From contig OZ231126.1 in the NCBI GenBank assembly GCA_965153355.1, positions 31,744,001 through 31,808,000 on the forward strand: a stretch of 64,000 bases of DNA, given 5' to 3'. Below the pieces are notes generated by a model. That model was given only the letters and a program-made list of their open reading frames with translations, did no database searches and was not told where the DNA came from. Positions within the stretch are counted from its first letter, which is position 1. Every line of letters starts with the position of its first letter. The position numbers and the translations under genes were made by a program. Below, piece by piece: positions 1 to 33,400 of the stretch. The DNA comes from Flaccisagitta enflata. Its lineage: Eukaryota.

Positions 1-229
1 AATTCACCAATCCAAACAATTCATTAGCTCCATACTTGGCACCGAGTTAGTTATTTACAAGATTGCATTCAGTTTTTGTTTTTCTCCAATCACACTTTGA
101 CTCAGTAAGATCAAGAAAATATGGCTGGTGGTAGTAGATACTCATCAGGTAAAAACAAGCCCGACCGGGCAAAGATGCGTCCGGACTGTGTCTCTGCGTG
201 TATTGATCATGTGACATATACGGAGAGAC

Positions 230-479
230 AGATGGACGAACAGACGGGTGAAATGATTGAGTAATAGAGGAGGCTCTCAAAACATGCTGGTTAATCATTT
301 GTTTCAGTGTAGGATCTCACCGTGGCCAAAAACAGCCGAGAAACGCGGTTTTTGCACAGGCGTAACGGACCGACCGACGGACGGACGGACGGACGGACCG
401 ACCGACGGACCGACCGACGGACGGACGGACGGACGGACGGACAATCCCTCTTATAGAGATGCGAGGACGCATCTAAAAA
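230..479. mobile_element. HINE-like element (gatgcg...cgcatc hairpin subfamily); sister end at ~13580-13660
   Basis: (gacg/gacc)n followed by agatgcgaggacgcatctaaaa; left boundary approximate. Confidence 0.6.
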
Positions 480-779
480 CTTGACCCAATCAGAAACGGT
501 TTTGAAACAATAAGAATTGTGTTTGTGTAATTTACATGAAGCAATATTATACAACAGTTTGCCTATTACATTAATTAAGTATCCCTATTTTATGACTACT
601 TTATTGAACAAGTATATATCCCAGTTTAGCATGTTTTTACAGTAGCACACTATCAACTTTTGAAAAAACCTGGGTTTGAAAAAAACCCTGATAAAACCCG
701 GGTTTCTTAAAAAACCCGGGGTTTTTCGGGTTTTTTCAAAATTTTGGGTTTTTTACATTCCCTGGAAGCAATGAAATTA

Positions 780-1150
780 CAGTGAGAGGGGTAGTCGAAA
801 TCGCTAGCACCCCTACCTGTAGCTCAGATGATCAATACCACAAGGATATCAGAGGTGGTGACCGATAGCTTATCCCAATACAATTCCCGCCATCAAGGCG
901 ATTTTGTAATCTCAACCTAGTTTTATAGAGATACAGCTCTTTTTAGGGTGAAAATCGGCCATTTTCAGAAGTGTTGGATTTAGCCCTTTTATGACCATTT
1001 TCTAAAGAATGAGAAGGAAATTCGAAAAACGCCTTGATGGCGGGATTTGTTTTTAGGATAAGTTTCCAGCTGCCACCTTAGTTGTCTTCGTAACATAACC
1101 CATCTAAGCTGTGGGTAGGGGTGCTAGCGATTTTACTGCCCCTTTCATTG
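780..1150. mobile_element. Tc1/mariner-type MITE
   Basis: TA|CAGTGAGAGGGGTAG...CTGCCCCTTTCATTG|TA; long imperfect inverted arms. Confidence 0.75.
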
Positions 1151-1184
1151 TATTATCATTGAATCTGTACTAAGTTGGCTGTAC

Positions 1185-2310
1185 CTGAGCAAGCAAGTTG
1201 GATGGCGACCATAATCGGTATGATACAGGCAACGATGACAACTCTAACGAGACTCGAATTGAGATCCTTTCTGGTCGCTGACGCCGCAGTATCGTTGCCA
1301 AATTTCTGCTCTTCGTACAACTTATGCGCGAACCCGAAAATGTCACCGAGAAAGAGCGGGATGGTGAGTGAAAGAGCAGTCCTGGCTCCCATGCAGAGCA
1401 CAGTAATGAACAGTAGACCGCCCTGGAGATAAGAAGAGAGAAGAGAGGATTGTGTTAGCAAGAGCAGTCTTGGCCGCCATGCCGAGAACAGTCATGAACA
1501 GCATACAACCCTGTTGAGAAGGATGAAAATTACCATGGTTATGATGAAAGAGAAAGAATTTATGGTTTAATAAATATGAGTATGAAAATATGAATGAATG
1601 AACAAATAAATGGCAATGACTAAACCAACCTCGGCTCTCAACAAAACGTCGAAGTATGAATGTTTTCGTTCCTTCTTTTCATTATTCTCGATTTTGGTAC
1701 AGCCACTCTCTCCTTTTTTGATTTCCTCGATCTTCCTTGGGATAATTGAGAATTCATTGTGACAATTGATGTTTTCAAGAAATTAAAGTGTCACACACAC
1801 ACACACTGACAAACCCCAACACACACAGTAACAGGTCTTTTCATGCACATTGTTTAACATGCTGATAGTCATGCTATCACAATCAACAACCATGAGCCTT
1901 TTTACATACACAATTGTAAACACAATCACATACACCACACAAAACACACACCAACGCTAATCTCCTTGTCCTTCATACCTGGGTGAGTGGTCGCTATTCG
2001 CGCTAGAAATCAAGTCCACCATTGTTTCATTTGTTTCTTCGAGAGTCGATCGTCTCTTTGGAACATCATTTGCTGCATTGAAGTTCTTATTTGCCCAGTT
2101 TGAATTTCCGTTAGCCACATCGAAATTTCCGATTGCAGCCTTCAAGTTTCTGTCTGCCGCGACAAAGTTACTGTTTGCCGCAGCTAATCTCATAAATGTA
2201 GCTGCGTCAAAATTCGCACAAGTGACAACCGGATCTTGAATTGTATCTGCGGCAGTTAAGTTTGAATCCGGTGCCGAGTTGGCATTGGTCGAGGACAATT
2301 TGTCCCTCAT
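1185..2310 (-). CDS. 5' part of a probable ABCB-family (TAP/ABCB8-10-like) transporter; apparently continues past window start
   Basis: Exons 2310-1979, 1735-1630 and 1422-1185 are phase-consistent; spliced YFDVLLRAE|GGLLFITVLCMGARTALSLTIPLFLGDIF...DLNSSLVRVVIVACIIPIM resembles elbow helix, TM1 and TM2 of an ABC type-1 membrane domain; true start may be further upstream. Confidence 0.55.
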
Positions 2311-5300
2311 ATTTCCAATTGATGAACAGATAGCGCAGTGACTAATGTGAAATTAAAGTTGCTACATTCAATCAGACAGATAACTTTTTTTTTGCTAATC
2401 TTAACGAGGTAGAAAACATGAATTAAACATTATGAACTAATGTACAATTAAGTGGCAGAAGCTCAGCAAAATAACGCCGCAAGAAAACAAAATCTAACAA
2501 GTAAACTCCCATGACGCCGAATCCGTCGATCAACTCAGGAAGATTTACACTTGACGACATTGACGACGATGGTTGATCATGTTCTAAACAGGAATATTCA
2601 TTCTGTCACAATTTCAAAAATTCATTTCGTATTTACGTTAAAGCGTCACTGAATACTTCTTTATCAATAAATCTTATGACATTTTGATCGGACGCAGAAA
2701 CCACGATTTGGCATGAGAAACTGTCGTCGGGTTAAAGAAAATGCGCCCCATGAATCACCGCATCGATACCACAAATTACAAATATTTCCCCTATTTGGAG
2801 CCGAAAAACCTTATTGTTAATGGGCAATGAATGATAATCGCTGACTCGATTGGCATCAGCCACATGATTTTCAGTATCGCTGCAGACCGGCCATTGCATC
2901 GGTTGCGACTTATAGCTTCCTCCTTGAGTCATTACGACTTTAGTTTAACATATTGAGCCTCACCCTAGCCGGCGAAAGACCAAAGTCCACAATCTACGGT
3001 CTAATACTACTAGTTACTTAGGGAACTGTGACCGGCAACAGAATGAGCAAAGCTTTATTAGTCTTTCCGCCGCAAAAAGTAAGCAAAACAGTGCAGTACT
3101 CCGCCCCCGGTCTTGAAAGTGACATACCAGGGAGCAGAAAGGAAAACGGTCTTCTACAGGAAGAAATTCAATCGGGTCAGACATGAAGGATGAGAGACTT
3201 AAAAGGGACTTAAATTGCATCGAATTGCAATACCCTTAGTTATTTAGTGGATGCCCCAAGAGATGTTTTACACAATAATGGAAGACAGTGTTGAAGGTTA
3301 TGGGAGCCATCTTGAAAGGAGCGTTAACGCCTCGGACATAAATGAAGCGAGCAAGGACTATGTTGGAATACATTTAGCCTCTAATCCATTAGGAGAAATG
3401 GGAAAAGGGTTGAGCGAACACGCCACAACGGCACTAATGGAGCGAGCAGGAACTGGGTGTTTCATGCCTTTATCCATACTATTTTGAAAAAAAAGTCTAC
3501 ACCTGAAAATAGGCATGAACATTGGCAGAATGCCACTCCTAAACAAGTCAAGCTATAATTGCCATATTGGTCCCATTCAAAGTAGTTATTCAAACTTTCT
3601 TTTTTTTCTAATTGTAAAGGAACTCCAAACTCAAAAGATTGATACTTATTTTCAGGTGTGTACAGTTGATCTCGTCCACACTTGAGATGACAGGGGCAAG
3701 TATAATGGGAAGAAAAATAAGTTAAAGAACCGATATTTGAAATATAAATTAAAAGAATGATTTATTGTTTATGATGGTTGGTTGCCATAGAAACACATTT
3801 TCATTTTTTTTTGCTAAAATATCAATATTCTGAGAGATTTTTAGTCGCGTGCACGCATCTCTTCACCCCGCTTTGTCTGTCTATCCATCGGATGGTCTAT
3901 CGGTCTGTCTGTTGGTCCATCATACTTTTACTTTATTTTATCAATTTTATTTCCTTTAGTCATTTTAAGTTATTTAAGAGTATATTGAGTCATTCTAAGT
4001 TATTCTAAGTCATTGTGTAAGTCTCGCATGCAACCTACAGGTGCTGGCCTTGTTTGAGAGAACATTGCTTAGAATCAAATGAGCTACAACTTTCCCACAA
4101 TATTTTCCGTAAGAATATTGCTCATTTGGTCATTACTATGGCCCTGTAATGCTCCCTAGCAAATATTCTAACAAAATATACAGTAGGTGTCATCTATGCT
4201 TTGAAATACAGGGGCCCTCTTATCGTAACTACCATTTGTGCCAATGAAATGAAACTGTGTGTATATAATAGTTATGTTCTATAGTGTTGACGATGGGTTA
4301 TGGCAGCTCTGTGGACAAAAAAATTATTTTGAATATACTAAATCAAATTTACTCCACTTCAACAGCTGCCGGAGTGGTCTAGTGGTTAACAAACTTCAAA
4401 TTTATCATGGTCAGTTATTTCTTCAAAGGTTCTAAGTTTGAATCCCAGGTTGGTTTTGCAATTAAAGCAAATAGATGAAGCTGAAATTCTGCCATAGAAG
4501 AGATTATTCCCGATGTTTTATACCAAAAATGTTTTTGTAAGGTAAGCTGTAGGGGGATGCCATACCCCATTGTCAACCCCTTAGGGTCTATACATTACAC
4601 CAGCAAAATATCATTCCCCTCATTGTACTGATGTTCAGGTTATGAGCTCCCCCGTATTTCCAAGTCTAGACGACATCTACTGTACTATAAGAAAATTTTA
4701 GCAAATTTGATTTTGAGCAGTGTTACCTCAAAATATTGATATCTTAGCAAGAAAACATGGAAATGGGTTTTCATAGCAACCAGCTATCATCTTTTATCTT
4801 AATTTATCTATTTTCTAAATATCAATCCCATAACTTCATTAATTCTTTCACAATGCTTGCCCCGTTATCTCAAGTCTAGACGAAATCTACTGTACTCAAT
4901 ATCCAAATGGTATATTTTGAGCGAGAAGGAGAGGAGTCACGCGACTCACTCCATCTCTCCTCGGGAAGAAGAAGAATTGTGACGTACCGGCCAGGAGAAT
5001 TATCCATGAAAAGTAACAGAACTTATCAAGGAACCTTTCGCCCCTTACGATCCCTTGTCTCCCCTCAAGGACCCCCCTTGTCTCCCCTTAAAAGAGTTCC
5101 TTAAGCCCCTATAAAGCCTGGGGTGAATCAAATTGAGTCGCTTTTGATTTTCTTCCCCGTGACTCGACGCATTACAAAACCTATAATTATCTTCCCTACA
5201 ATGCAATAATACAATTAATTCTAGGTTTGAATAGTGTTAAATAGTGTAATATTTATAATTTTTTATGATTAAGTACTGCCAATAATTTTATTTTCCCAAA

Positions 5301-8034
5301 ATTATCTATTTTTCTATTTTTCCCCCTATCTCTAAACCCTTTGATTTTTTTCTCTCCCCCGCCGGAGGGGGGTAAAGAAGGGGACTCAATTTATACACAG
5401 CTCGAGATTTCATTCATTGCGGCACCATCTCCAATTTTTATGCCAACGGGCAACCACTAGCTTTCATTCCTTCAGAACCAATTCCTTCGATTAAAGAATA
5501 TGGCCTGATATTCGGATATGGCCTGTCATTTGGGTACGGCCAGATGTCGGATACGACCTAATATTTCAACATGGCTCATTTCATTCTGACATGACAAGTA
5601 TCCTATATCAACTGTCTTCTAGTTGTTATGTGTTATCATCATAACAAAACCAGGACGGTCAGACGTACAGTTTTACGGACACCACCCCTGGTTCTTTATC
5701 TGGTGTTTAGCGCTCATATTCGTAACCTTTCAACCTATTCGTTAATAGAGTTGAGACCATCGCATCGCCGTCAAAATCGAGACCACCTTCGTCGCTTGTG
5801 AATACGAGATAATCGGGAAAAAAGTCGAAGTCAGTCCTTGAATTTTTGACATATTCGAGAAAAACAGGGTTTCGTTTTCTTATGCGGAAGTTGTGGCTCT
5901 CCACCAACCGAATGGGCCCTCCAATGGAATTGATAGGGTAAGTAAATTTAATAATTCTCTTTCATTTGGCACCAAGCAGATTGCTGTATGTATATTTTCC
6001 GCGTTATGATTTCTTAAAAATTTGTCTGTGAAAATTACGAATTAAATTTTTTTGATTTTTTTCTGATTTTGAGTAAGATGAAAAAAGGAGTGTATTTATG
6101 TTTGTTTGAGCATGAAAATACAAGAAAACATGTTAATGAGCATAGCTGCTCATCTGTGAGGGTGTTTTGGAAGATTCTAGCTCATTTAGCTCAGTTTTTT
6201 TTTTAATCCGATAAATGAATAGATATTTTGATACATGTTTAAGAAAGCAGATACAAAAAAGCATATCAGTGAGCATAACTGCTCATCTGTGAGGCTGTTT
6301 TTCAGCATTTCAGCTCACTTAAGTCATTTAGCTCAATCTTTTTTTTCTGATTTTTAATGGAATAAATAAATGTTTTGATGAGAGCATGTAAATACAAGGA
6401 AGCATATCAGTGAGCATGGCTGATTGTCTTGTTGAGTGATTTTGAGCATTTCAGTTTATCTAACTCATTTGGCTCAGTCCTATTTTGCTCTTATTATCAG
6501 TGCAATCAATACATACAATTGTTCTTGATTTGATCTATTAAAAAAAAGATTTGCAGTGACTAAAAACAAAATCTTGATGAAAAGTGACCAATGCTTTCGA
6601 CTTTTTCCTCACGGCGACAGCCGCCATTACTGGTAAATTATTATTATTATCATTATTGTTGATGACGATACGCCAAATATCGAAAAATCGTTTCCAATAG
6701 AAGGGAAAAAGACGAATACAGGTCGCACTGAGAGCCATATGCCCGAACCAAGACGTTGCGCCAAGCACCGAGCGTGACCGACAGACCAACCGACAGAGCC
6801 TCGCATAGAGTCCGTTTATTCCCTAACCGCATATTTTCCTAAATCACGGGCATTGCATTTCAATTTTCTATATCACGTTTGGTGTTTATCACAGAACAAG
6901 GCCAAGATAGGCCAATAAGATGCGCCGTATGGATTGTCGAATGAGTGCGTTACCGACCAACCAACAGACTGACCGACCAATGTTCGACAATACATCCGGT
7001 GCACGTTTTGGCCCACTTGACCTGTGCACTTACAATTGAGGAGCAATGAGAGAGCGCTGCGCTCGTGTGCGACTCACTGCGATCAAAACAAAAAGCGCTA
7101 AAACGGATAAGACTTAACAGCGCTGAAACGGTAAAGACCTTAAAGACTGATCGACGGATTTGGCGCATGGAAGGGTTTTAGATGGAAATGGACGGGCAGG
7201 GAGACACTGGGAGTAAAACATCGCAGGGGTATATATGGTTACACGGCTTTTGATTTCTTTCCCCATCCCACCGGTCCTTTGTTTTTTCCTACATGGTTTG
7301 AGAGTTACAAGATTTCCTTCCTCATTCTTCTAGTATGGCCATGGAATTGTGTTGAAAACGTTTAATCTCACCATGTAGCATCAACAAACAAAAGTGCAAA
7401 ATTTTGATATTACTTACCCTTTCATTTTTATTCTCTCGAATTCATGAAGTTGAGTGGCTTTTGATTTCTTTTCTCCCCCTCCCTCTGTTCTTTAATTTCC
7501 TTCCCCGGCCAGCCAAAGAATTGTTTGATTTCCTACCTCATGCCCCATAGAGCATTGTCTATACCAAAAAAATTAATTCGTCAAAAAAATATTGTCGTTT
7601 TTCAAGCTTTTTTTAGTCGCGTGCTACGCTACGCGACTCTACACCCTGCTCTCGGTCCATCGGTCGGTCAGACCCCTTTCCACTTTTTTGGCGTTTTTTA
7701 GCTCATGCCCAAATACTTAAGTGACCATCTCTATCACTGCCCCTGCCCATCTGCACGCGACCGGGATAGCCGTGTATTCGGCCTTGTTTCCCTCATCTCC
7801 AAGTTCTTAGGAGGGGGAGGAGAGAAAAACTCAACTTTATACACGCCTGTTTTTTTCTACCTTAAAATCCCTTCCTCATTTTCAAATTCTCTGGTGGTGG
7901 GGGGGGGGAACGAAAATGCAAGAATATACACCCCATTTACATACAACGCAACTAGCGGAAAACCAAGCTATCCTGACTATGGTATACAGACTATAGTCTA
8001 GAATGAATGAAAAAAAAACTTGAGAAATATTTAA

Positions 8035-9115
8035 AATTAGAGGTACAAATGAATTGTCACGCGACACGGATTTTGGTGAAACTGAAAAATCTGAACAGTA
8101 TCTGGGTCCGCAACGGAGGGGGTTAAAGATCACCAATTCCATAAGATCGCTATGACCAAAAGATCGCTAACCCTGTAAAATCGTTAAAACATTACATTTG
8201 AGCCTCCATACAAAGTTTCATGCAAATCCGTTTAAAAATGGCAAAGTTATGCACGTTTTTCACTTTGAGGCTAGTAGGGTGGTTGGGTGGTAGGCTGGTT
8301 TGGATAAATAGTGTGCATATGTTGAGTTCTTCCATTTAGAGACTCCATACCAAGTTTCAACCAAATTGGTTGAAAAATGTCCAATTTATGCAAGTTTTTC
8401 ACTTTTAAACCAGTAAGCTGGTTGGGTGGTAGGTCGGTTTGGCCAGTTAGCATGCTCAAACATAAATAAATCACATACATGTGTTGAGTCATTCCATTTG
8501 GAGACTCCATACCAAATTTCAACCAAATTGGTTGAAAAACGCCAAAGATATGCACATTTTTCACTTTTAGGCTGGTAGGCTGGTTGGGTGGTAGGCTGGT
8601 TTGACAGGATAAATAGTGTGCATATGTTGAGTTCTTCTATTTAGAGACTCCATACCAAGTTTCAACCAAATTAGTTGAAAAATGACAAAGTTATGCAAGT
8701 TTTTCACTTTTGGGCCCGTTGGCTGGTTGGGTGGTAGGTCGGTTTGGCCGGTTAGCATGCTCAAATGCATATAAATCACATACATATGTTGAGTCCTTCC
8801 ATTTAGAGACTCCATACCAAATTTCAACCAAATCGGTTGAAAAATGCCAAAGTTATGCACGTTTTTCACTTTTAGGCCGGTAGGCTGGTTGGGCCGGTTG
8901 GGTTGGTCGGATCACAAAAATCGGATAGGATGTAAAGCGCCTTACCCTAGTACAACTTCCCACCAAATATGAACCAAATCGGTCAAAGCATAAAAAAGTT
9001 ATCCATTTTTAAAAATCTGTAACAACAACAATGACGACAACAACGACAACGACGACGACACCCACCCGCCTTGAATTATAGTCAGCGTCGGAATGATATT
9101 CCGTCGCGGACAAAA
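8035..9115. mobile_element. Helentron-like element with central ~151-bp tandem repeats
   Basis: Subterminal ttgtcacgcgac vs terminal gtcgcggacaa; (aac/gac)n microsatellite; terminal hairpin cgtcggaat-gat-attccgtcg; about five ~151-bp units at ~8195-8990. Confidence 0.6.
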
Positions 9116-10046
9116 ATGACAACTTCACATTAAGAAGCCAGAGGGGGGGGGGGGGGGTCGCAAAAGAAGGGAGAGGAAGTGAAGAGAAATGCCAAATAAT
9201 CAGAAGGCGTTACATTGCTAAATTCATACCACCATAATGCACAGTAATAATCAATTTACATACTTCAGCCACAAACAAATCATCTCCACAGCATTGCAAC
9301 AATTATCAGAACAAAACTAGCCTAAGATAGCCAATGAAGGGAAAAATTTATCAAAATTGCAAAACTCTTAGTCGCGTACCCATCTAGAAAACTACTGGTC
9401 AATCGATCGGGGGGTTCGTAGAGATCGTTACTATTTTTGTGCATGCGGCTATGCGTGAGTGTGTCGATCCGTCTGTAGGCGCCTATGCAATCTTATAATT
9501 TTTCTGATTAAGTAATTTTGGACTAGTTTGCCTCCACCTATCCTTAAGCGACTTTAAGTTTGAGTCGCCCAGCTATATCTTTCAATCAGTCAACATTTCG
9601 CTTTTTGCTTTTGAACGACCTTGTCATTAATGCCCCTGCCCAACCGTAAGCGACTAGTAGAGTTGTCCTCGCCTCAAAAGAAGAAGTTCCTATATCAGGC
9701 TAAAGCTCAGCTTGTCTGCGCCCTAACTAAAGTGAGTATACAAAATTGAAGTGTTGCGGAACTAACTACTGACCATACAACGAATATCGGTGGATGAAAC
9801 GGAGTTAACAAAAATCACAAATCGACAAGTATGTTTGATATGGACTACTGCAGGTACAAAATAAAGTCCTTTCCCATCTGTCCATGTCCGCGTTTTTTGC
9901 GCTTTCTTTTAAAATAGTTTGAAAATGAACTGGTTGTGAAGAAGCCAACAATACTAAACGCGTTATCACATAAAGAGGAGGTAAAGGACAAATAGCCTGA
10001 GAACGTGTACAGAAAAGAAATTCGCTTATCACGCTTCCTATTAATA

Positions 10047-29877
<19,831 letters not shown>

Positions 29878-30251
29878 TTTTCTTTTCGAAAATGGCCGAT
29901 AAATTTAAAAAGAAAGTTTTGTAAGTAGTATCAAAATATTCGTTTAGAATGAACCCGATTGATATTTATTATTACGGTCAAATGATCCCTAGTTGGGGAC
30001 AAAATGAAGAAGTTTCAACGAAAGCGGACAAGACATGTCATAAAGATAGGAGAGAAATAAACAACAAACAGAAATCGGCAAGGGAGGGGGAAGGAAGGGA
30101 AAGAAAGCTCTTCACACGCTCGAAAAGGCTATGGTTTCATCCATGTAAATACTGAGCTGCTTACGCACGACAGAAAAAAAACTTAAAGCGCCACTAGCGT
30201 TAATAAAACTCATAAATCAAAAGCTGAGATTACAGCGAGGAACAAACTTAC

Positions 30252-30390
30252 AGGTCTTAACGGTTGCGTTGGTCTTAAGTTTTGGAATCACAATTTCAGA
30301 GGAGACCGAATCTAGAGAAATTGTCTCGGACACAGACAACACTACTCTCTACAAATGACACCATAAAAGGATATCAGTTAAAATGGAAAA
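30252..30390 (-). other. Putative non-coding 5'UTR exon of vasa
   Basis: Pyrimidine-rich acceptor (ttgttctatcttccag|) at 30391-30392, perfect donor |GTAAGT at 30251, and an acceptor (cattttcgaaaag|aaaATG) 3 nt before the vasa ATG. Confidence 0.45.
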
Positions 30391-30450
30391 CTGGAAGATA
30401 GAACAAATTAAGGATTAAATTGAACGCCCAAGCGCTTCGTGCGCGCATGT

Positions 30451-33400
30451 TTATCTGAGATCAGCCATTTCCTCCAAGTCCTCGACGTCGACTTTTTGGG
30501 CCTTACCCATCGCCGCTGCTTCTCCGCCCCCTTCCGCCATCGCCTCATTCAAATCGTCGTATAGGCCTACGTCTTCATCGCATCCAAATTCGCCGGGATA
30601 CTTTTCAGCGAAATCCACTCGATTATTGTTAAAGTCTTTCTTCTGTCCCGATCCGCCAATACAATCCGCGGTCATTGCGTTATCGCCAAACTCTTCGTCT
30701 GACTTCCCGCCTTCATCGATCCCTTCTTCATTCGGATTGAGATGATCGTCATCGGCCGCGTCGTTGAGCGCCTCGTTGATGTCGACGATTCCCTTGGGCG
30801 AAACGATGGCGAGGTGGACTTCCTCTGCATCTGACTGAGAAGGATTTGGCTCGATGACCTCACCGCCACCTTTATGCGTTGGATGGTCGACAGGTGGGCC
30901 TTCCAATGACGGCGACTCCTTGGGGCGGCCGAACAATCGATCGGCTGTCTTCGCCGGTACGATGGAAGGTGGAACATCTATAACCTTGTCAAAAGCGACG
31001 TCAGCGGCATCGTCGAGGGAAACAGCGCCAACAGCGACATCGTCGATGGAAGCGGCGCCACCAGCGACATCGTCGAGGGAAACGGCGCCACCAGCGGCGT
31101 CGTTGTCATGAGCGTCTTTCACAGTGTCTTTACGAGACTTTTCCAAGACGTCTCCGTAGACGCGGCCGACATTGTCAGATGCGTCATCGCCGCCGCGAGG
31201 AGTCTCCTCGTTGATGAACCAATGCGACAGCGAGGAGTGCATCTTGGCTGCATCTTCAGCCGCAGCCGCGATATCCTCACCATCGCCACCCTGAACGCCT
31301 CTTGAGTGACTCACTGAGATGGCGTTGAGCGGTAGTTGAGTCGGCGCCAAGACGCTTTTAAAGTCGAAATCATCGTCCGTTTCTTTTCCGGACAAGAGAT
31401 CGATCAAAGGAAGGAGTGCTTTTTCGGGTTCCGCATTCATATCACACACCTTCAGGAGTTGAAAAGGGGTAAAAGGTAACAAATTCTTTTACGACTTTAA
31501 AATAAAGGCAAATGAGTAAATAGCAGTTTTGGACAGCATCTTAACATTCTGGGGTCGAATGATGATTCACTGATAAAGTCCGCTTACGCAATGAGTCTCT
31601 ACCTCCTTCCAAACTTCCATATTGGCTTTTTTAGACATGAGTCGAACGTCCTGGCAGGCGATGAGACCATCAACGTTGTTGCTATAGTCTTTGGCATTTT
31701 TCGGGGGCGATTTATCCGGTGATGCGTGTGTCGTCAGTCCGGTGGAAGAAATCTTTTTCCTTTCGGCGGCGATTTTCTGCCATTCGCCAATCACCTTCAT
31801 TCGCTCAAAGTCCATCTCTTTGCGGAATCGCGCCTTTAAACAGGAGAGGTGGTCATAACATATGACATAATGAAAATAGAACTACATCCTAAGTAAATCG
31901 ACTTTTTTTTATCGATTCTGTTTTACCAACTTCATTGATCAAGGTAAAAGCTTCATAATTTACACTGAAAAACTGGTCAATTGTTGGCAATGACAAAAAG
32001 AAAGAAGTTGTTCCAAGTTCTGAGGTAAATACAACCTAGGACAAACTCTTCGTTCACCCATAAACAGTAATAACTACACTTTTAGTAAGAGTAAGTAAGA
32101 AAAAATGGTGATTCTAAAACTACTTACAATCTTTCCCAGTGCGGGTGGGCACCGTGTTTGAGTCAGATCACTTGCAGATCAGCTTGAAGGACCGCAAAAA
32201 ACAAGTAAGTACGACGACCACGGACGGACGACGAGACCGACAAAGCGAGGTAAGTTTGTAGCACGCGACTTAAAAAATGGTGAGATTCTAAAACTACTTA
32301 AAAAAATCTTTCATTTGAAACCAACCCCATTCCAGTGGCTCAAAGAGTTTAGAAATGAGAACAATTTAAAGATGACATGTCATTCTTGAATGCGGAAAAA
32401 CAAGTGAAGTACTTTTGATCAGGGCCGTGGAGAGAAATGGCGGGCCCCCCCTCTTGCCCATATATCCGGGCCCAACTTCTCCCCTCTGTGCCCCCCCCCT
32501 CCCGTCATTTTCTAAATTATCAATTTTTTGTTATCAACACTTCACTTCGAAAAGTGCTCAAACTTTTGCCTCCAGGGTTTACAACCTGGCATTGGTGTTT
32601 GCGGAAATTCTTTTTTGTTCTGTTTTTGTTGTTTTTTTCTTGAAACAAAAAGAAATCAATAAAACATATATGCCAGATTTTTTGTTTTGGTGGAAGAAGT
32701 TTGAGCACTGAATAGCAAAAACTTTTGAAAATAAAGAACATTTTGAAATACTGTCAATAGATCTAAAGAATGTCATTAGAAATTATATATCACCTTTACA
32801 AAAGCTCAAATTTGAAAAGGTTGATATTTAAGATTATATCTATAAGCATATCTGATTTGATCTAATTAGGCTCTCACATAACTTGTAAAGTCCAACAAGG
32901 TCCAAGCATGATTTAATCTATATTGGATCATAATCACTCAATTCTTTTTACCTTTCCCTTTTTTTTTTTTTTTTATTTATCTTTTTTTTTTATTTATCTT
33001 TTTTTTTCTCTCTTTTTTTTTCTCTTACCTCAGGGGCCCCCCGGGCCCCCCTGAGTCCCGGGCCCCCCTTCTTAGAGGGGGGTGGACCCCCCTCTCCACG
33101 GCCCTGCTTTTGATAGGCGCAATTTCATAAAGGGACTAGAAATACTGTTGATGTAATTCCTTCGTTTTTAGGTGCGACAAAGCACCTCGATAACTGGCTG
33201 TGTCCGTCGGTCGGTTGGTCGGTTGGTTACGCATTCGTTCGACGATCCACACCGTAGCACCTATTGGCCTACTTGGCCTTGTTTCATCACTTTTTGTATA
33301 AAATTTGCTTGTGAAAGAAAATCCGTTTGAACCTTGAGCAACTCGAACGGATGCAATTGAGTGATTGAAAAAATTGCTAAATTGGTTAAAAGCTCTAGTA

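Noticed and set aside
3251-3487. 78-aa plus-strand ORF
   Set aside because: No recognisable motif or supporting exon chain; cannot be supported from sequence alone
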